A stretch of DNA of 64,000 nt from a virus (Duplodnaviria > Caudoviricetes), in IMG/VR virus record IMGVR_UViG_3300032290_001086; one strand, written 5' to 3'. Below, one piece after another: positions 24,874 to 35,233 of this stretch. Within the stretch, counting starts at the first letter, position 1. Each line of letters starts with the position of its first letter. A program made the translations under genes and the position numbers. The notes beneath the pieces were generated by a model. It did no database searches. It was not told where the DNA came from and saw nothing but the letters and a program-made list of their open reading frames with translations.

Positions 24874-24918
24874 AAATAGTAGGTATAGATTGACATTTAT
24901 AAACTATTTATGAGTACT
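24865..24918. promoter_or_regulatory. Perfect 16-bp inverted repeat containing two opposing late promoters
   Basis: AGTACTCATAAATAGT...ACTATTTATGAGTACT. Confidence 0.75.
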
Positions 24919-25347
24919 TTAAAGGGAAAATTTTCTCCTAGAAATATTCATAAGTACAGAGGTGATTATAGAAATATAATTTACAGATCTTCATGGGAAC
25001 TTAAATTCATGAAGTATTGCGATGAAAGAGCTACTGTACTTGAGTGGGGAAGTGAAGAAATAGTAATTCCTTATAGATCTCCTTTAGATAATAGAATTCA
25101 CAGATATTTTGTCGATTTTTATGTGAAAATAAAAGATTCAAATAATAACATTACAAAATATTTAATTGAGATTAAGCCAAAAAAACAAACAGTAGAACCA
25201 AAGATTTCAAACAGAAAAACAAAAAGTTACATTTATGAAGTAACTGAATACGTAAAAAATCAAGCAAAGTGGTCTGCGGCTGAGGATTTTTGTCGAGATA
25301 GAAATTGGAAGTTTATGATACTCACCGAAAAGGAATTAAAGGTATGA
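24910..25347 (+). CDS. gp4: Head completion nuclease gp4
   Basis: YRSSWE, WGSEE, HRYFVDF, IEIKP. Confidence 0.92.
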   Translation: MSTLKGKFSPRNIHKYRGDYRNIIYRSSWELKFMKYCDERATVLEWGSEEIVIPYRSPLDNRIHRYFVDFYVKIKDSNNNITKYLIEIKPKKQTVEPKISNRKTKSYIYEVTEYVKNQAKWSAAEDFCRDRNWKFMILTEKELKV

Positions 25348-25946
25348 CATCATCTTTCAGAAATATGGTTCCACGATCTCCTTCCAATATAAGAGGAGGA
25401 GATAATATAAGTACTGGATTTGGTACTCCAGATCTTAGTGGTAATATTTTTTCAGACGTTAAAAAATTAGCCAGAGGAAGAGAAAGAAGCTATTCTTGGT
25501 ATCGTGATACAATAAGGATGGTTTCTAAGAAAAGTGATATTTACAAAACCTTATCTACTTGTAATGAAACTCTATCTCCAGTTGGAAGTAAATTATATTT
25601 TTTTGAATATAATGCAACCTGGGCAAAAAAATTAAAGTATTATGATGAGTTTCCTTTAGTATACATGCTCCAGGGGGGACCAAAATTTTTTGGAGCTAAT
25701 TTACATTATCTTACATATGCAAGAAGAGTTCAAGTAATAGAAAGTATTTTGAATGGAACACCAACAATTCCTAAACAGTGCTTTCATAATTATGTTTATG
25801 AAGGTCTTGAAACACCATTATTTGAAATAAATACTGATGATTGGAAAACCGCAATCTTCATACCAAATGAAAGTTTTGTTACAAGGAGAAGAGGATTGTA
25901 TCAACGAGTAAGTAAGTCTTTTGTTTGGGGAGATAGTAGCCAATGA
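25344..25946 (+). CDS. gp2: DNA end protector gp2-like
   Basis: YYDEFPLV..GANLHYL; synteny after gp4. Confidence 0.7.
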   Translation: MTSSFRNMVPRSPSNIRGGDNISTGFGTPDLSGNIFSDVKKLARGRERSYSWYRDTIRMVSKKSDIYKTLSTCNETLSPVGSKLYFFEYNATWAKKLKYYDEFPLVYMLQGGPKFFGANLHYLTYARRVQVIESILNGTPTIPKQCFHNYVYEGLETPLFEINTDDWKTAIFIPNESFVTRRRGLYQRVSKSFVWGDSSQ

Positions 25947-26785
25947 CAACTAGAGCTTTTGATAGAAATATTGGAACTCTTAAAGAGTTCAAGTCTTATG
26001 TATCTAAATTTGGATACAGTATTAATAACTTTTATGATGTTCATTTTGACTTAACCAATTCCACTGGAGTTTTAAATAATATACTCAAAAGAGTTCCTGG
26101 GGGTGGTCAGCCAAATGCCAATGATCCATCCAACATGACTGGATTGATGAGATTCTATGCAGAAGAATGTTCTATTCCAGGATTTCAAATTTCCACAGGA
26201 GAATATCGTATTAATAATTCTCCCCAATTAAAATATGCATATGGAATTGTAAATAATGAAATTACATTTTCATTTATTGGGGATGCAAATTCAGAGATTA
26301 GAAAAACTTTTGATGCATGGCAAAGTTATATCTATGCACACAATGTTCCAAATTCACGACAAGCTACATCAGGAGTTTTAAATGTAAATCGCAAGCAAAA
26401 TTTAGGCAGAACTAGATATAGAGATGAATATGTTACTGATATTTTAGTTGTCAAGTTTGAAAAAGCTAATCAATTTGAGGTTACTAGTAAAGGTAATACT
26501 ATATTAAGTGATTTAGAAAGATCTGGAACATATATGAAATCTACTGACATAATTCCAGATTATAAACCAAAATCTTTACAGGAGAATATAAGTAATTTTG
26601 AAAAAGCAAAACCATTATATTCTGTACGATTAATGAATGCATTCCCTACAAATATTTCTTCAATCGGACTTTCTAGTGGTGCTTCAGAAATTGTAAAAGT
26701 GCAAGTTACATTTGAATATGAGACTGCAGTTACAAGTGCCCATAATAATGGAACCGTACAAGGAAGCATAGAAACAATTATCTAA
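25943..26785 (+). CDS. Tail-tube-fold protein (gp54/gp19-like)
   Basis: CSIPG..FDAWQ..NAFPTNISSI.LS..VTFEY. Confidence 0.7.
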   Translation: MTTRAFDRNIGTLKEFKSYVSKFGYSINNFYDVHFDLTNSTGVLNNILKRVPGGGQPNANDPSNMTGLMRFYAEECSIPGFQISTGEYRINNSPQLKYAYGIVNNEITFSFIGDANSEIRKTFDAWQSYIYAHNVPNSRQATSGVLNVNRKQNLGRTRYRDEYVTDILVVKFEKANQFEVTSKGNTILSDLERSGTYMKSTDIIPDYKPKSLQENISNFEKAKPLYSVRLMNAFPTNISSIGLSSGASEIVKVQVTFEYETAVTSAHNNGTVQGSIETII

Positions 26786-26827
26786 AAGTAACCTAAATAA
26801 TTTCAAATTATGTTATAGTTTTATACT

Positions 26828-27538
26828 ATGCCTTTACCAAAATTAGTTGCCCCAACATATGAGTTGGAACTTCCTTCAACTGGAGATACAATTAAATATA
26901 GACCATTTCTAGTAAAAGAAGAAAAAATTCTTCTTCTTGCTATGGAATCTGAAGATGAAAAACAAATGACCAATGCAGTGAAAACTATTTTAAAGAACTG
27001 CATTTCTTCAAAAATTAAAGTAGATGATTTAGCAACATTTGATATCGAGTATCTATTTTTAAATATTCGTGCAAAGTCTGTTGGAGAAGAAATTGAATTA
27101 AATGTTCCATGTCCAGATGATAATCAAACTGTGGTTCCAGTTAAAATTAATGTAGAAGATATTAAGGTACAAAAATCAAAAGATCATAATAGAATTATTG
27201 AATTGAATGATTCGGTGTCTGTAGTCATGAAATATCCTAGTATGGAAACTTTTGTGAAGACTAATCTTTCTTCTAATGGAACTGCAGAAGATGTATTTGA
27301 AATTGCTGCATCTTGTATTGAGCAGGTTGTAGAAGGTGAAGATGTATATGAAACCAAGAGTTTCTCTAAAAAAGAAATTAATGATTTCCTTGATAGCTTA
27401 GACACGGCACAGTTCTTAAAAATTCAACAGTTTTTTGAAACTATGCCAAAACTTTCTCACACTATTAAAGTGACAAATCCAAATACTGATGTTACAAGTG
27501 ATGTAGTAATTGAAGGTCTAGCAAGTTTTTTCGCATAG
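26828..27538 (+). CDS. gp26: Baseplate hub assembly protein gp26
   Basis: MPLPK..YRPFLVKEEKILL..IRAKSVGE..GLASFF. Confidence 0.92.
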   Translation: MPLPKLVAPTYELELPSTGDTIKYRPFLVKEEKILLLAMESEDEKQMTNAVKTILKNCISSKIKVDDLATFDIEYLFLNIRAKSVGEEIELNVPCPDDNQTVVPVKINVEDIKVQKSKDHNRIIELNDSVSVVMKYPSMETFVKTNLSSNGTAEDVFEIAASCIEQVVEGEDVYETKSFSKKEINDFLDSLDTAQFLKIQQFFETMPKLSHTIKVTNPNTDVTSDVVIEGLASFFA

Positions 27539-27720
27539 CCCTAGCTCATGAAACCTTAGAAAATTATTTTAGAATTAATTTTATATTGATACAACATCAT
27601 AAGTGGAATCTAAGTGAGCTAGAATTAATGATACCATGGGAACGAGAAGTTTATGTTCAAATGTTAATTGATTATATTGAAGACGAAAATAACAGACAAA
27701 AAACAACGCAGTCATTATAA
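27526..27720 (+). CDS. gp51: gp51-like hub chaperone segment, likely reached by -1 frameshift
   Basis: -1 frame reads ALAHETLENYFRINFILIQHHKWNLSELELMIPWEREVYV; no ATG before the conserved part. Confidence 0.75.
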   Translation, partial: FFRIALAHETLENYFRINFILIQHHKWNLSELELMIPWEREVYVQMLIDYIEDENNRQKTTQSL

Positions 27721-27723
27721 TAG

Positions 27724-30700
27724 ATGGCACAACTCAAACCTTCAATGAAATCATTTGGCCAAGCATTAACTGGTCAAAAATTAAAATCCTCTTATATTAA
27801 TCAATCAGCTTTTACTTCAAGTACTGCTGTAATGAGTGCTCCTGGAATGTCAACACCAGGAGCATTTTCTGCTGCAGAGTTAGGTGAATTATCTTCCATT
27901 AAAAAGAATTTAGTTTCGTTGGTTGCCATCGAAAAAAAGTATAATGATTTTCTTGGTGATAAAATTATAAAATTTGCAAGATCAGAAGAAAGAACAAAAC
28001 TTAAAAAGAGAGAATCTTCACAAGAAACCAAAGATAAAACAGAAAAGAAAGCAAAAGTTAATCCTGTTGTAAAAGGAGCCATGAAAGGTCTTGACGGACT
28101 TGTTGGCTTTTTTGGAGATTTATTTAAATGGTTTATTGGATATAAAATTGTAGAGTGGGTATCAAAACCAGAAAATTTAAAAAAGATTCAAGACTTTGCT
28201 AAATTATTTGTAGGAATATTTAAATTTATTAGCAACGTTGTAGGATTTGGCGTTGACAAAATAATGTCAGGTCTTAGCCATTTAGTTGATGGTGGTGGAA
28301 TTACAAGAGTATTTGGCGCTCTTGAAATGATCGTTGGATTCTTCACTTTAAAGTGGTTATTGAATCCGACCAAAATAATTTCTGATATTAAAATGATCGG
28401 GACATTATTTACAAAAATAATTCCGAACGCAATTAATGGAGTATTAAATTTCTTTACTAATTTAATACCTTCAGTTGCAACACAAGCTGTAGATACTGCA
28501 GTAAACGAAGGGTTGAAAGGAGCAGCTGCTGCAGGAACAGAAGCTGTTAAAACCGCTGCAGGACAGGTCACAGAGCAGGCAGCAAAGTCTGGAGGCAAAG
28601 CAGCAGCAGAGGGTGCTGCTAAGGGTGCTGCAAAAGGAGCAGGAGCAGTCGCAGCAAAAGGTGCCGCAAAGGGAGCAGCCAAGGGTGCAGGTAAGTCGTT
28701 ACTGAAAAAACTTCCTGTTATAGGAGCAGTCACAGGAGGAATCTTTGCAGTAGATAGAGCATCTAAAGGTGATTGGGTTGGAGCTGGGATGGAGGCTGCA
28801 TCTGGTGTAGCTTCTTTGTTACCTGGATGGGGAACTGCAGCATCAATAGGTATTGACGCAGCATTGGTAGCAAGAGATCTTGCCAAGGAAAAGGAAAAAG
28901 AAGATAAAAAAATTCCAAAATTAGCAAAAGGTGGTATTGTAACTAAACCTACTAAAGCAATAGTAGGAGAAGCTGGACCAGAAGCAATTCTTCCTTTAGA
29001 TAAATTAACTTCATTTACAGGAAAAGGTATTGAATCAGATGTAGGAAAAATAATTCCTAAATTTATGAAGATGTTGACGATTCCTTTCACTTTAGTTGGT
29101 GCTGGAATTATTGCATTAATGTCATCTTCATTAGCAGTAATTCCTGGCATCGGACCATTGATGCTGCCATTGATTTCTAGTATTGCTTCCACTTTTGGCA
29201 TTCCTCCTTCTATAGTTAAAGGAGTATCCAAGTTTGTAAAAAATCCAATAGAAGCAGTAAAGGGAGGAGCTAGTAATATATCTAAATTGTTTGGGGATAC
29301 TTCTCCTAGAGTATCAAAACAAAAGGGAGGAAAATTTACCCCATCAAACGATACTTCAGTTAGAGGATTGCTTGCTAATATTTTGGGAGCATTGGCAAGT
29401 AAAAATTCAGATCAACCAGTACCAAGTACACCTTCACCTTCTGGTGGATCTCCTTCTGGTGGATCTCCTTCTGGTACTGGTGGTTCAAGTCCTCCTCCAG
29501 GAGCAGGTACAGCAACTGCCACGGACAATGCAAAAGAATCAATAAAAAAGGCTGGTGGATTGCGAGAGGATGGAACTCTGAAAGGAGTTCAAGGTACTTT
29601 TATAGACAAGGGTAGGGGAGGAAAAGAATATTCTCCTGGAGGTGGTCTAAAAGCAGTAATTAATGGAAACCGAAAGTATTGGTATGATGCTACTGGAAAT
29701 GTATTTAAATGGGAAAAACCAGGAGATCCTTTAACAGATATTACATCAACTAAATTATTTGATTCAAAAACTTTAGGAGGTCCATTAGTAAGAATTCCTA
29801 GCACAGGAGAAGTTAAAATTCTAAAAGGATTGTTTGGTGGAGATCAAACTGCAGTTGGAATGTATAATTATGCAGTAGGTAAAGTATTAAAATCTAGACC
29901 TACGAAAGGACCCAAAGGAACATCTGGTTCGGATGTTTGGGAAGCTCCAACTGAAGGAATTTATGGAAAACCTGCAAAATTTAATAGTGGTGGTAGAGTA
30001 AAGGGCTCTGGTATTGGAGATAAACAGCCTGCATTACTTGAACCAGAAGAGTATGTATTGAATAAAAATTTAGTTAAAGCTATGGGTGGACCGAAGGTTT
30101 TAGATCCTTTAAATTTCAATCTTCATCCTAGATTTGGTACATCTAAAATTGCACAGATTCAAAGAAATGAAGAAAAAGCAAGTGGTGATGGAAGACCAAG
30201 AACAAGAATGCTTCAAATTGGAGGAGCAGCAATATTAGAAGGTGCGAAAAAAATAGCTGGAATGGGAAAGGGACAAGGTAATATGTGTGCCGCAACCACC
30301 AGAGCTGCATTAAGAGCTGCTGGACATCCTGATGCAGGAAAGGTTACTCAGAAAGGGGATTTAGACGCAGAAGGAACAAAATACAATGGAGTTAATTTTG
30401 CTGCATCTTTTGCAGGAAGTGATATGGGATCTATTATTAAAAATACTTCAGGATTGCAGGCTGGTGATGTTGTGTTGTGGAAAGGAGGAAATGGTTATCC
30501 TTCTGGGGCTATTACTCACGTTGGTATTAAAGGAGAAGGAAATGATCTTTGGCATCATGGCAGATCAGCTGGATTTAGAAAAGCTAGTATGTACACTAGT
30601 TCTGGAGGACAGACATTTGCAGCAGGAGTAAGATTAGGAGGAACTGGTACTGTAGGTGGTGGTCCTGGATCTACTTCAGAAACCCAAGAATCTGAAGTTT

Positions 30701-31035
30701 CTTGGGCAGATATTACTAAGAGTTTAGGAAGTTTATATAAAGGTTTAACTGGAACTCCTTCTCAAACAATTCCTCCTGCTCCTACGTTACCTCTTGCTCC
30801 TGCTCCAACCACATCTATTCCTTCATCATCTACTAGATTACAACAAGCACAACAAACTTCAAATCAAAATAAAGCAACACAACAAGCTTCTACAACAAAA
30901 CCATCTGGAGGTAATGTAGTCAGTCTTTCTCAAGGAACTAATGTAATCAATCAAACTCAGGTTGAAACTTTAGCTCCAGCTCTTGGAAATACTATTCCTC
31001 CCACACCTTTAACTGTATTCCCTGCAACTCCATAA
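27724..31035 (+). CDS. Tape-measure/hub-like protein A with NlpC/P60-CHAP-like domain
   Basis: Amphipathic helices, GGIV..GEAGPE, MCAATT..AGDVVLW..THVGI. Confidence 0.65.
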   Translation: MAQLKPSMKSFGQALTGQKLKSSYINQSAFTSSTAVMSAPGMSTPGAFSAAELGELSSIKKNLVSLVAIEKKYNDFLGDKIIKFARSEERTKLKKRESSQETKDKTEKKAKVNPVVKGAMKGLDGLVGFFGDLFKWFIGYKIVEWVSKPENLKKIQDFAKLFVGIFKFISNVVGFGVDKIMSGLSHLVDGGGITRVFGALEMIVGFFTLKWLLNPTKIISDIKMIGTLFTKIIPNAINGVLNFFTNLIPSVATQAVDTAVNEGLKGAAAAGTEAVKTAAGQVTEQAAKSGGKAAAEGAAKGAAKGAGAVAAKGAAKGAAKGAGKSLLKKLPVIGAVTGGIFAVDRASKGDWVGAGMEAASGVASLLPGWGTAASIGIDAALVARDLAKEKEKEDKKIPKLAKGGIVTKPTKAIVGEAGPEAILPLDKLTSFTGKGIESDVGKIIPKFMKMLTIPFTLVGAGIIALMSSSLAVIPGIGPLMLPLISSIASTFGIPPSIVKGVSKFVKNPIEAVKGGASNISKLFGDTSPRVSKQKGGKFTPSNDTSVRGLLANILGALASKNSDQPVPSTPSPSGGSPSGGSPSGTGGSSPPPGAGTATATDNAKESIKKAGGLREDGTLKGVQGTFIDKGRGGKEYSPGGGLKAVINGNRKYWYDATGNVFKWEKPGDPLTDITSTKLFDSKTLGGPLVRIPSTGEVKILKGLFGGDQTAVGMYNYAVGKVLKSRPTKGPKGTSGSDVWEAPTEGIYGKPAKFNSGGRVKGSGIGDKQPALLEPEEYVLNKNLVKAMGGPKVLDPLNFNLHPRFGTSKIAQIQRNEEKASGDGRPRTRMLQIGGAAILEGAKKIAGMGKGQGNMCAATTRAALRAAGHPDAGKVTQKGDLDAEGTKYNGVNFAASFAGSDMGSIIKNTSGLQAGDVVLWKGGNGYPSGAITHVGIKGEGNDLWHHGRSAGFRKASMYTSSGGQTFAAGVRLGGTGTVGGGPGSTSETQESEVSWADITKSLGSLYKGLTGTPSQTIPPAPTLPLAPAPTTSIPSSSTRLQQAQQTSNQNKATQQASTTKPSGGNVVSLSQGTNVINQTQVETLAPALGNTIPPTPLTVFPATP
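29437..29475 (+). repeat. 15-bp tandem repeat (PSGGS linker)
   Basis: CCTTCTGGTGGATCT x2.6. Confidence 0.8.
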
Positions 31036-31036
31036 G

Positions 31037-33880
31037 ATGGCTATTTCTTCACCAATAAAACCATCTCCATTTTTAGTACCTGCAAGGCTTAAAGAACTTA
31101 AAGCCATAAATGTTTTGTCTAAAAAATTATATGAACATAAAAGAGATAGATTTTTGTTAGAGAAACGTTTATATAAACTTGAGCAAAAATCTCTAGAGAA
31201 AAGACAACTACAAGAAAGAGAGTCTTCTCAAGAATCTAAGAAAAAATTATCTTTAAAATCATCTGCTAAAAGATTTGTAAGGAATAAAGCAGTTGGATTA
31301 GGATCATTTTTATTTGATTTATTACAATTTTTTATTACGTATAAAGTAGTAGAATGGGTATCGAAACCAGAGAATAAGAAAAAAGTTTTAGCTATTACTA
31401 AAGCATTAAAGGGAATTTTTGATTTCCTTAGCTGGTTTGTGACTGGAACTATAGACAATGCATTTAGTGGATTGCATAGTGTTTTATTTGGAGAAACTTT
31501 ATTAGAAAGATTTTTAGGATTTTTTAAATTAGTAGTAGGTCTTCTTGGATTTAGATACTTACTGCGTCCTGGAAAACTGTTTAAAGATTTAGGATTTGTT
31601 ATAAAAAATAGTGGTAAAATATTAGATGTATTTACCTCTTTTAGAAAAGCTGGAATAAAAGAAGGGTCTGAAAAATTATTACAAACTCTTCCAAAAACTG
31701 CAGAAGTTTTCAAAAGAGGATTAACCAGAGGAATTACAAGAGGACTACTAAAGGTATTTGGAAAAGGTGGAGTTAGATTATTATCAAAAATATTTGGACC
31801 TGCTTTTAGAGCAGTAAAAAATATCATACTGGGTCCAATTAAAACTTTTGCAAAAACAACTGTAAAGGGTATTCCTATTGTAGGACCTTTATTAGATCTC
31901 GGAATTAATTTAGCTTTAGGAGATCCAATAGATAAGGCCATTGTAAAGGCTGCAGGTTCTGCATTAGGAATGGGTCTTGGTGGATTGATAGGATCCGCAT
32001 TCCCAGGACCAGGAACTATAATTGGTGGAGCTTTAGGAGGATTACTAGGAGATTGGGCTGCAGATAAATTATATGGATGGGTGAAAGGATTATTTAATAA
32101 GAAAGAAGAAAATACTCCGCAGTTAGCAGTAGGAGGTATTGTAACTCAACCAACTAAAGCAATAATTGGGGAAGCTGGTCCTGAGGCAGTAATTCCATTA
32201 CCACAACTATTTTCTGGATCTATATTTTCTGCTCCATTAGCAGTATTAGCATCGTCTTTGATTGGCGGTATTAATGCAGTATTATTTTCTATGGGAGCAG
32301 TTGGTAATATTATAAGACCATTTGCTCAACAATTATTTGCACCTTTTGTTAGAGATTTTGGTATCAAACGATTTACATTTTCTTCTAAGTTAGGAAACAC
32401 TGTAATAGATGCTGCCACATTAACAACGAAAGCTAGTGCTAAAGAAGGAGATGATACAAAATTAAATGATATTGTTGGAAAAAATAAAAAAGTAAACTTA
32501 TTAGGAGATAAAAAATCTGATAAAAAGATTAGATATAATGCTGGAAATAGTATTAGAGAATTACTTGCAGATATATTCAATAACATAATTAATTTAGATT
32601 TTAATTCTGGAACTGCTACGCCAGGGGGAGGCGGTGGCGGTGGCGGTGCAGATCAAGCATTGACTGCGGCAGAATTGGATGCCATTAAAGCTTCATCTGC
32701 AGATAAAAGAGCTGCCGCACACCTTGCTACACTTGAAGCATCTGCACCTCAACATGTCGCTGATGTATATCAAGTAATTTTAAATCGAGCTGCTGGACAA
32801 AGTGGAGGTATTCCTTCTGTTATTACCGCAAAAGAACAATTTTCTCCTTATTCTGCTGCAATATATGGTGGTAGTGCTGATGATGCAGCATCAAAAAAAT
32901 ATGGAGGACTTGGGTTAACTAAAAAAGAATTGTTTGATTTGGCAGGAAAGTCAGACGGAATTCAACAATTAACAAATAGATTCCAAGCTGGTAATCCTAA
33001 AGTTGCAGCTCAGGTATTATCTGATTTTGAAAAGAATGGACCACTATCACAAAATGCAAAGAAATTTGTTGGTGGTTCTCAGTATTTTATGGGATATAAA
33101 GTTACGGGAAACGATAGAAGAAGACCAGATGGAGGAAATTGGTTTAGAGATAGATACCAAACTGGAGGTGTAGTTGCTACTCAAGGACATCCAGATACTG
33201 GTCCTGGATATACAATACAAGGTACTAATGATGTAAATGGAAGACCAGTTGTATTCTCTCGGGATGCTGCTTTTGGATTTGCAAAAATGATGAAAGATTC
33301 TGGTGGAGTAGTTAAAGGAACTGATATTGCAAGTAGTAAGAGAAGCCCTAAAAAGAATACTGATGTGCGTGGAGCCACAAGATCCAAACATTTATATGGA
33401 ATTGGCATGGATATTCATGGGTCCTCAAAAGAATGGATTAAAAAGAATGGTGGAAAGTATGGATGGAACTGGGCTCCATATGGTGGTCCTGGAGATCATG
33501 GGGGACACTTTACATTTGGAGGTCAAGGAATTCAGCCATCAGACGTACCTTCACAAAATCAAGAATCCCCTGCAAGTGATACTGGAACTCCAGAAGTTTC
33601 TTGGGGAGAGATTACAAAAAATCTATCTGATTTATATAAAGGATTGACAGGAACTCCAAAAACTAATGGAGCTGCATTGCAACGTAGTAGTATGGATATG
33701 ATTCAAACTCAACAAATGATTACAACTGCATACAGCTCAGATACATATATTATAACTCCTCCAACTACTATAGCAAGTACAGTAAATGTAGTAGGACCAT
33801 TACCACAAAATACACCTAGTATGAATACTTCATTTGCATATCTTGATAGTTCTTCCAGTTACCTTCATAGTAGACTATAA
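31037..33880 (+). CDS. Tape-measure/hub-like protein B with SleB-like and M15 peptidase domains
   Basis: Paralog of A; VYQVILNR..VITAKEQFS; RS..SKHLYG.GMDI..WIKKNGGKYGW..HF. Confidence 0.65.
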   Translation: MAISSPIKPSPFLVPARLKELKAINVLSKKLYEHKRDRFLLEKRLYKLEQKSLEKRQLQERESSQESKKKLSLKSSAKRFVRNKAVGLGSFLFDLLQFFITYKVVEWVSKPENKKKVLAITKALKGIFDFLSWFVTGTIDNAFSGLHSVLFGETLLERFLGFFKLVVGLLGFRYLLRPGKLFKDLGFVIKNSGKILDVFTSFRKAGIKEGSEKLLQTLPKTAEVFKRGLTRGITRGLLKVFGKGGVRLLSKIFGPAFRAVKNIILGPIKTFAKTTVKGIPIVGPLLDLGINLALGDPIDKAIVKAAGSALGMGLGGLIGSAFPGPGTIIGGALGGLLGDWAADKLYGWVKGLFNKKEENTPQLAVGGIVTQPTKAIIGEAGPEAVIPLPQLFSGSIFSAPLAVLASSLIGGINAVLFSMGAVGNIIRPFAQQLFAPFVRDFGIKRFTFSSKLGNTVIDAATLTTKASAKEGDDTKLNDIVGKNKKVNLLGDKKSDKKIRYNAGNSIRELLADIFNNIINLDFNSGTATPGGGGGGGGADQALTAAELDAIKASSADKRAAAHLATLEASAPQHVADVYQVILNRAAGQSGGIPSVITAKEQFSPYSAAIYGGSADDAASKKYGGLGLTKKELFDLAGKSDGIQQLTNRFQAGNPKVAAQVLSDFEKNGPLSQNAKKFVGGSQYFMGYKVTGNDRRRPDGGNWFRDRYQTGGVVATQGHPDTGPGYTIQGTNDVNGRPVVFSRDAAFGFAKMMKDSGGVVKGTDIASSKRSPKKNTDVRGATRSKHLYGIGMDIHGSSKEWIKKNGGKYGWNWAPYGGPGDHGGHFTFGGQGIQPSDVPSQNQESPASDTGTPEVSWGEITKNLSDLYKGLTGTPKTNGAALQRSSMDMIQTQQMITTAYSSDTYIITPPTTIASTVNVVGPLPQNTPSMNTSFAYLDSSSSYLHSRL

Positions 33881-35229
33881 TGCAAGCAAAATTTTCTGGA
33901 GATTTTTCTCTAAAAACTGTAAAACTATTTCCAATTGTTATCGAAGGAACTCCATCCAAAGATAAGTATTTTGATATTAAAGAATTAGTTCAAGAAATTT
34001 CAATTTATGAAAGTGTAATTTCTGCTAGTCTTTATTGTCAGATTGTTGTAACTGATATTGCAGAGAACCTTATTAGCTCTTTACCTTTAATGGGTCAAGA
34101 GAGAATTCAACTTGAAATTTCTACGTCTACTGCTGATTATGATTTAAATTTTTATATCTTTAAAATTGATGGTCGTGTGATGCAGGAGAAAAATCAAGCA
34201 TATGTAATTCATTTGGTAAGTCTGGAAGCTCTTTATAATGAGTCTACTAGAATTATGCAAAGAGTTGATGGGATAAAATCTCATGATTTTATAACCCAAC
34301 AAATGACTGCAAGAACTGCAAATGGAGGAATTTTTACTAAGAAAAAAGTTGATGCTGATGAGACATTATATCCATTTAACATGTATGTACCTAACTGGAG
34401 AATATTTGATACTGCAATATGGATGGCTAGAAGGAGTGTTCCTACAGCGTATAAAAACTCAGTTGGATATTTGTTCTTTGAGACTTTTGATGGATTTAAA
34501 TTTAAATCTATAGATAATTTATATCATCAACCAACATACCCAAATGCAAACACAAAATATACTTTTGCTCAAGGTAATACTGGTGCTAAAGGAACTACTC
34601 AAAATAATTATAGAATATTAAACTATTCATCCCCAAAAGCTTTTGATATTTTTGAAGATTTAAGGAATGGTGCTTTTTGCCATAGATCTGTTTATGTAGA
34701 TATAAACAATAGAATTTATAGAGTATTTAATACTAACGCTGCAAAGTATTGGAATGATATGAACCATTTAGATAATTTAAAACCATTTAGAATGGATAGT
34801 GAAGATAAAGTATTGCAGTTCCCAACAAGAATAATTTATAGACCAACTACACTAAGTACATTTGGTTGGAAAGAAATTGATGATACCGAAGATAAAAATA
34901 TAGATCAAGTGAATAAAACTTATGAAAAATCAATTTATAGATATTACTTTTTAGAGTATAATAAATTAGAAATAACTATTCCAGGAGATTTAAAAATTAG
35001 TGCGGGCAACACAATATCCGTTTCTATTCCATCTCCAAAAAGAAATTCTGATGGCAGTGTACAGGAAGATAAAAGAATTAGTGGAAAGTATCTAGTACAT
35101 TCCGTTAGGCATACTATCCTAAATAGAACTGAACTAAGAACTACTATAACTTTAGCTAGAGATTCTTTTGGTGGGAATAATATTCCAGATGTAGTTCCAT
35201 CAACAGGTCAAACTAATTTAGGAAGTTAA
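33880..35229 (+). CDS. Baseplate hub protein, gp27-like
   Basis: YLFFETFDGF.FKSIDNL, IPGDL, SGKYLV.SVRH. Confidence 0.65.
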   Translation: MQAKFSGDFSLKTVKLFPIVIEGTPSKDKYFDIKELVQEISIYESVISASLYCQIVVTDIAENLISSLPLMGQERIQLEISTSTADYDLNFYIFKIDGRVMQEKNQAYVIHLVSLEALYNESTRIMQRVDGIKSHDFITQQMTARTANGGIFTKKKVDADETLYPFNMYVPNWRIFDTAIWMARRSVPTAYKNSVGYLFFETFDGFKFKSIDNLYHQPTYPNANTKYTFAQGNTGAKGTTQNNYRILNYSSPKAFDIFEDLRNGAFCHRSVYVDINNRIYRVFNTNAAKYWNDMNHLDNLKPFRMDSEDKVLQFPTRIIYRPTTLSTFGWKEIDDTEDKNIDQVNKTYEKSIYRYYFLEYNKLEITIPGDLKISAGNTISVSIPSPKRNSDGSVQEDKRISGKYLVHSVRHTILNRTELRTTITLARDSFGGNNIPDVVPSTGQTNLGS

Positions 35230-35233
35230 ACAA

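Noticed and set aside
28188-29231. Long minus-strand ORFs opposite structural genes (also 31228-31941, 55730-56374, 62103-63248)
   Set aside because: Antisense shadows of Ala/Gly/Thr-rich codon bias
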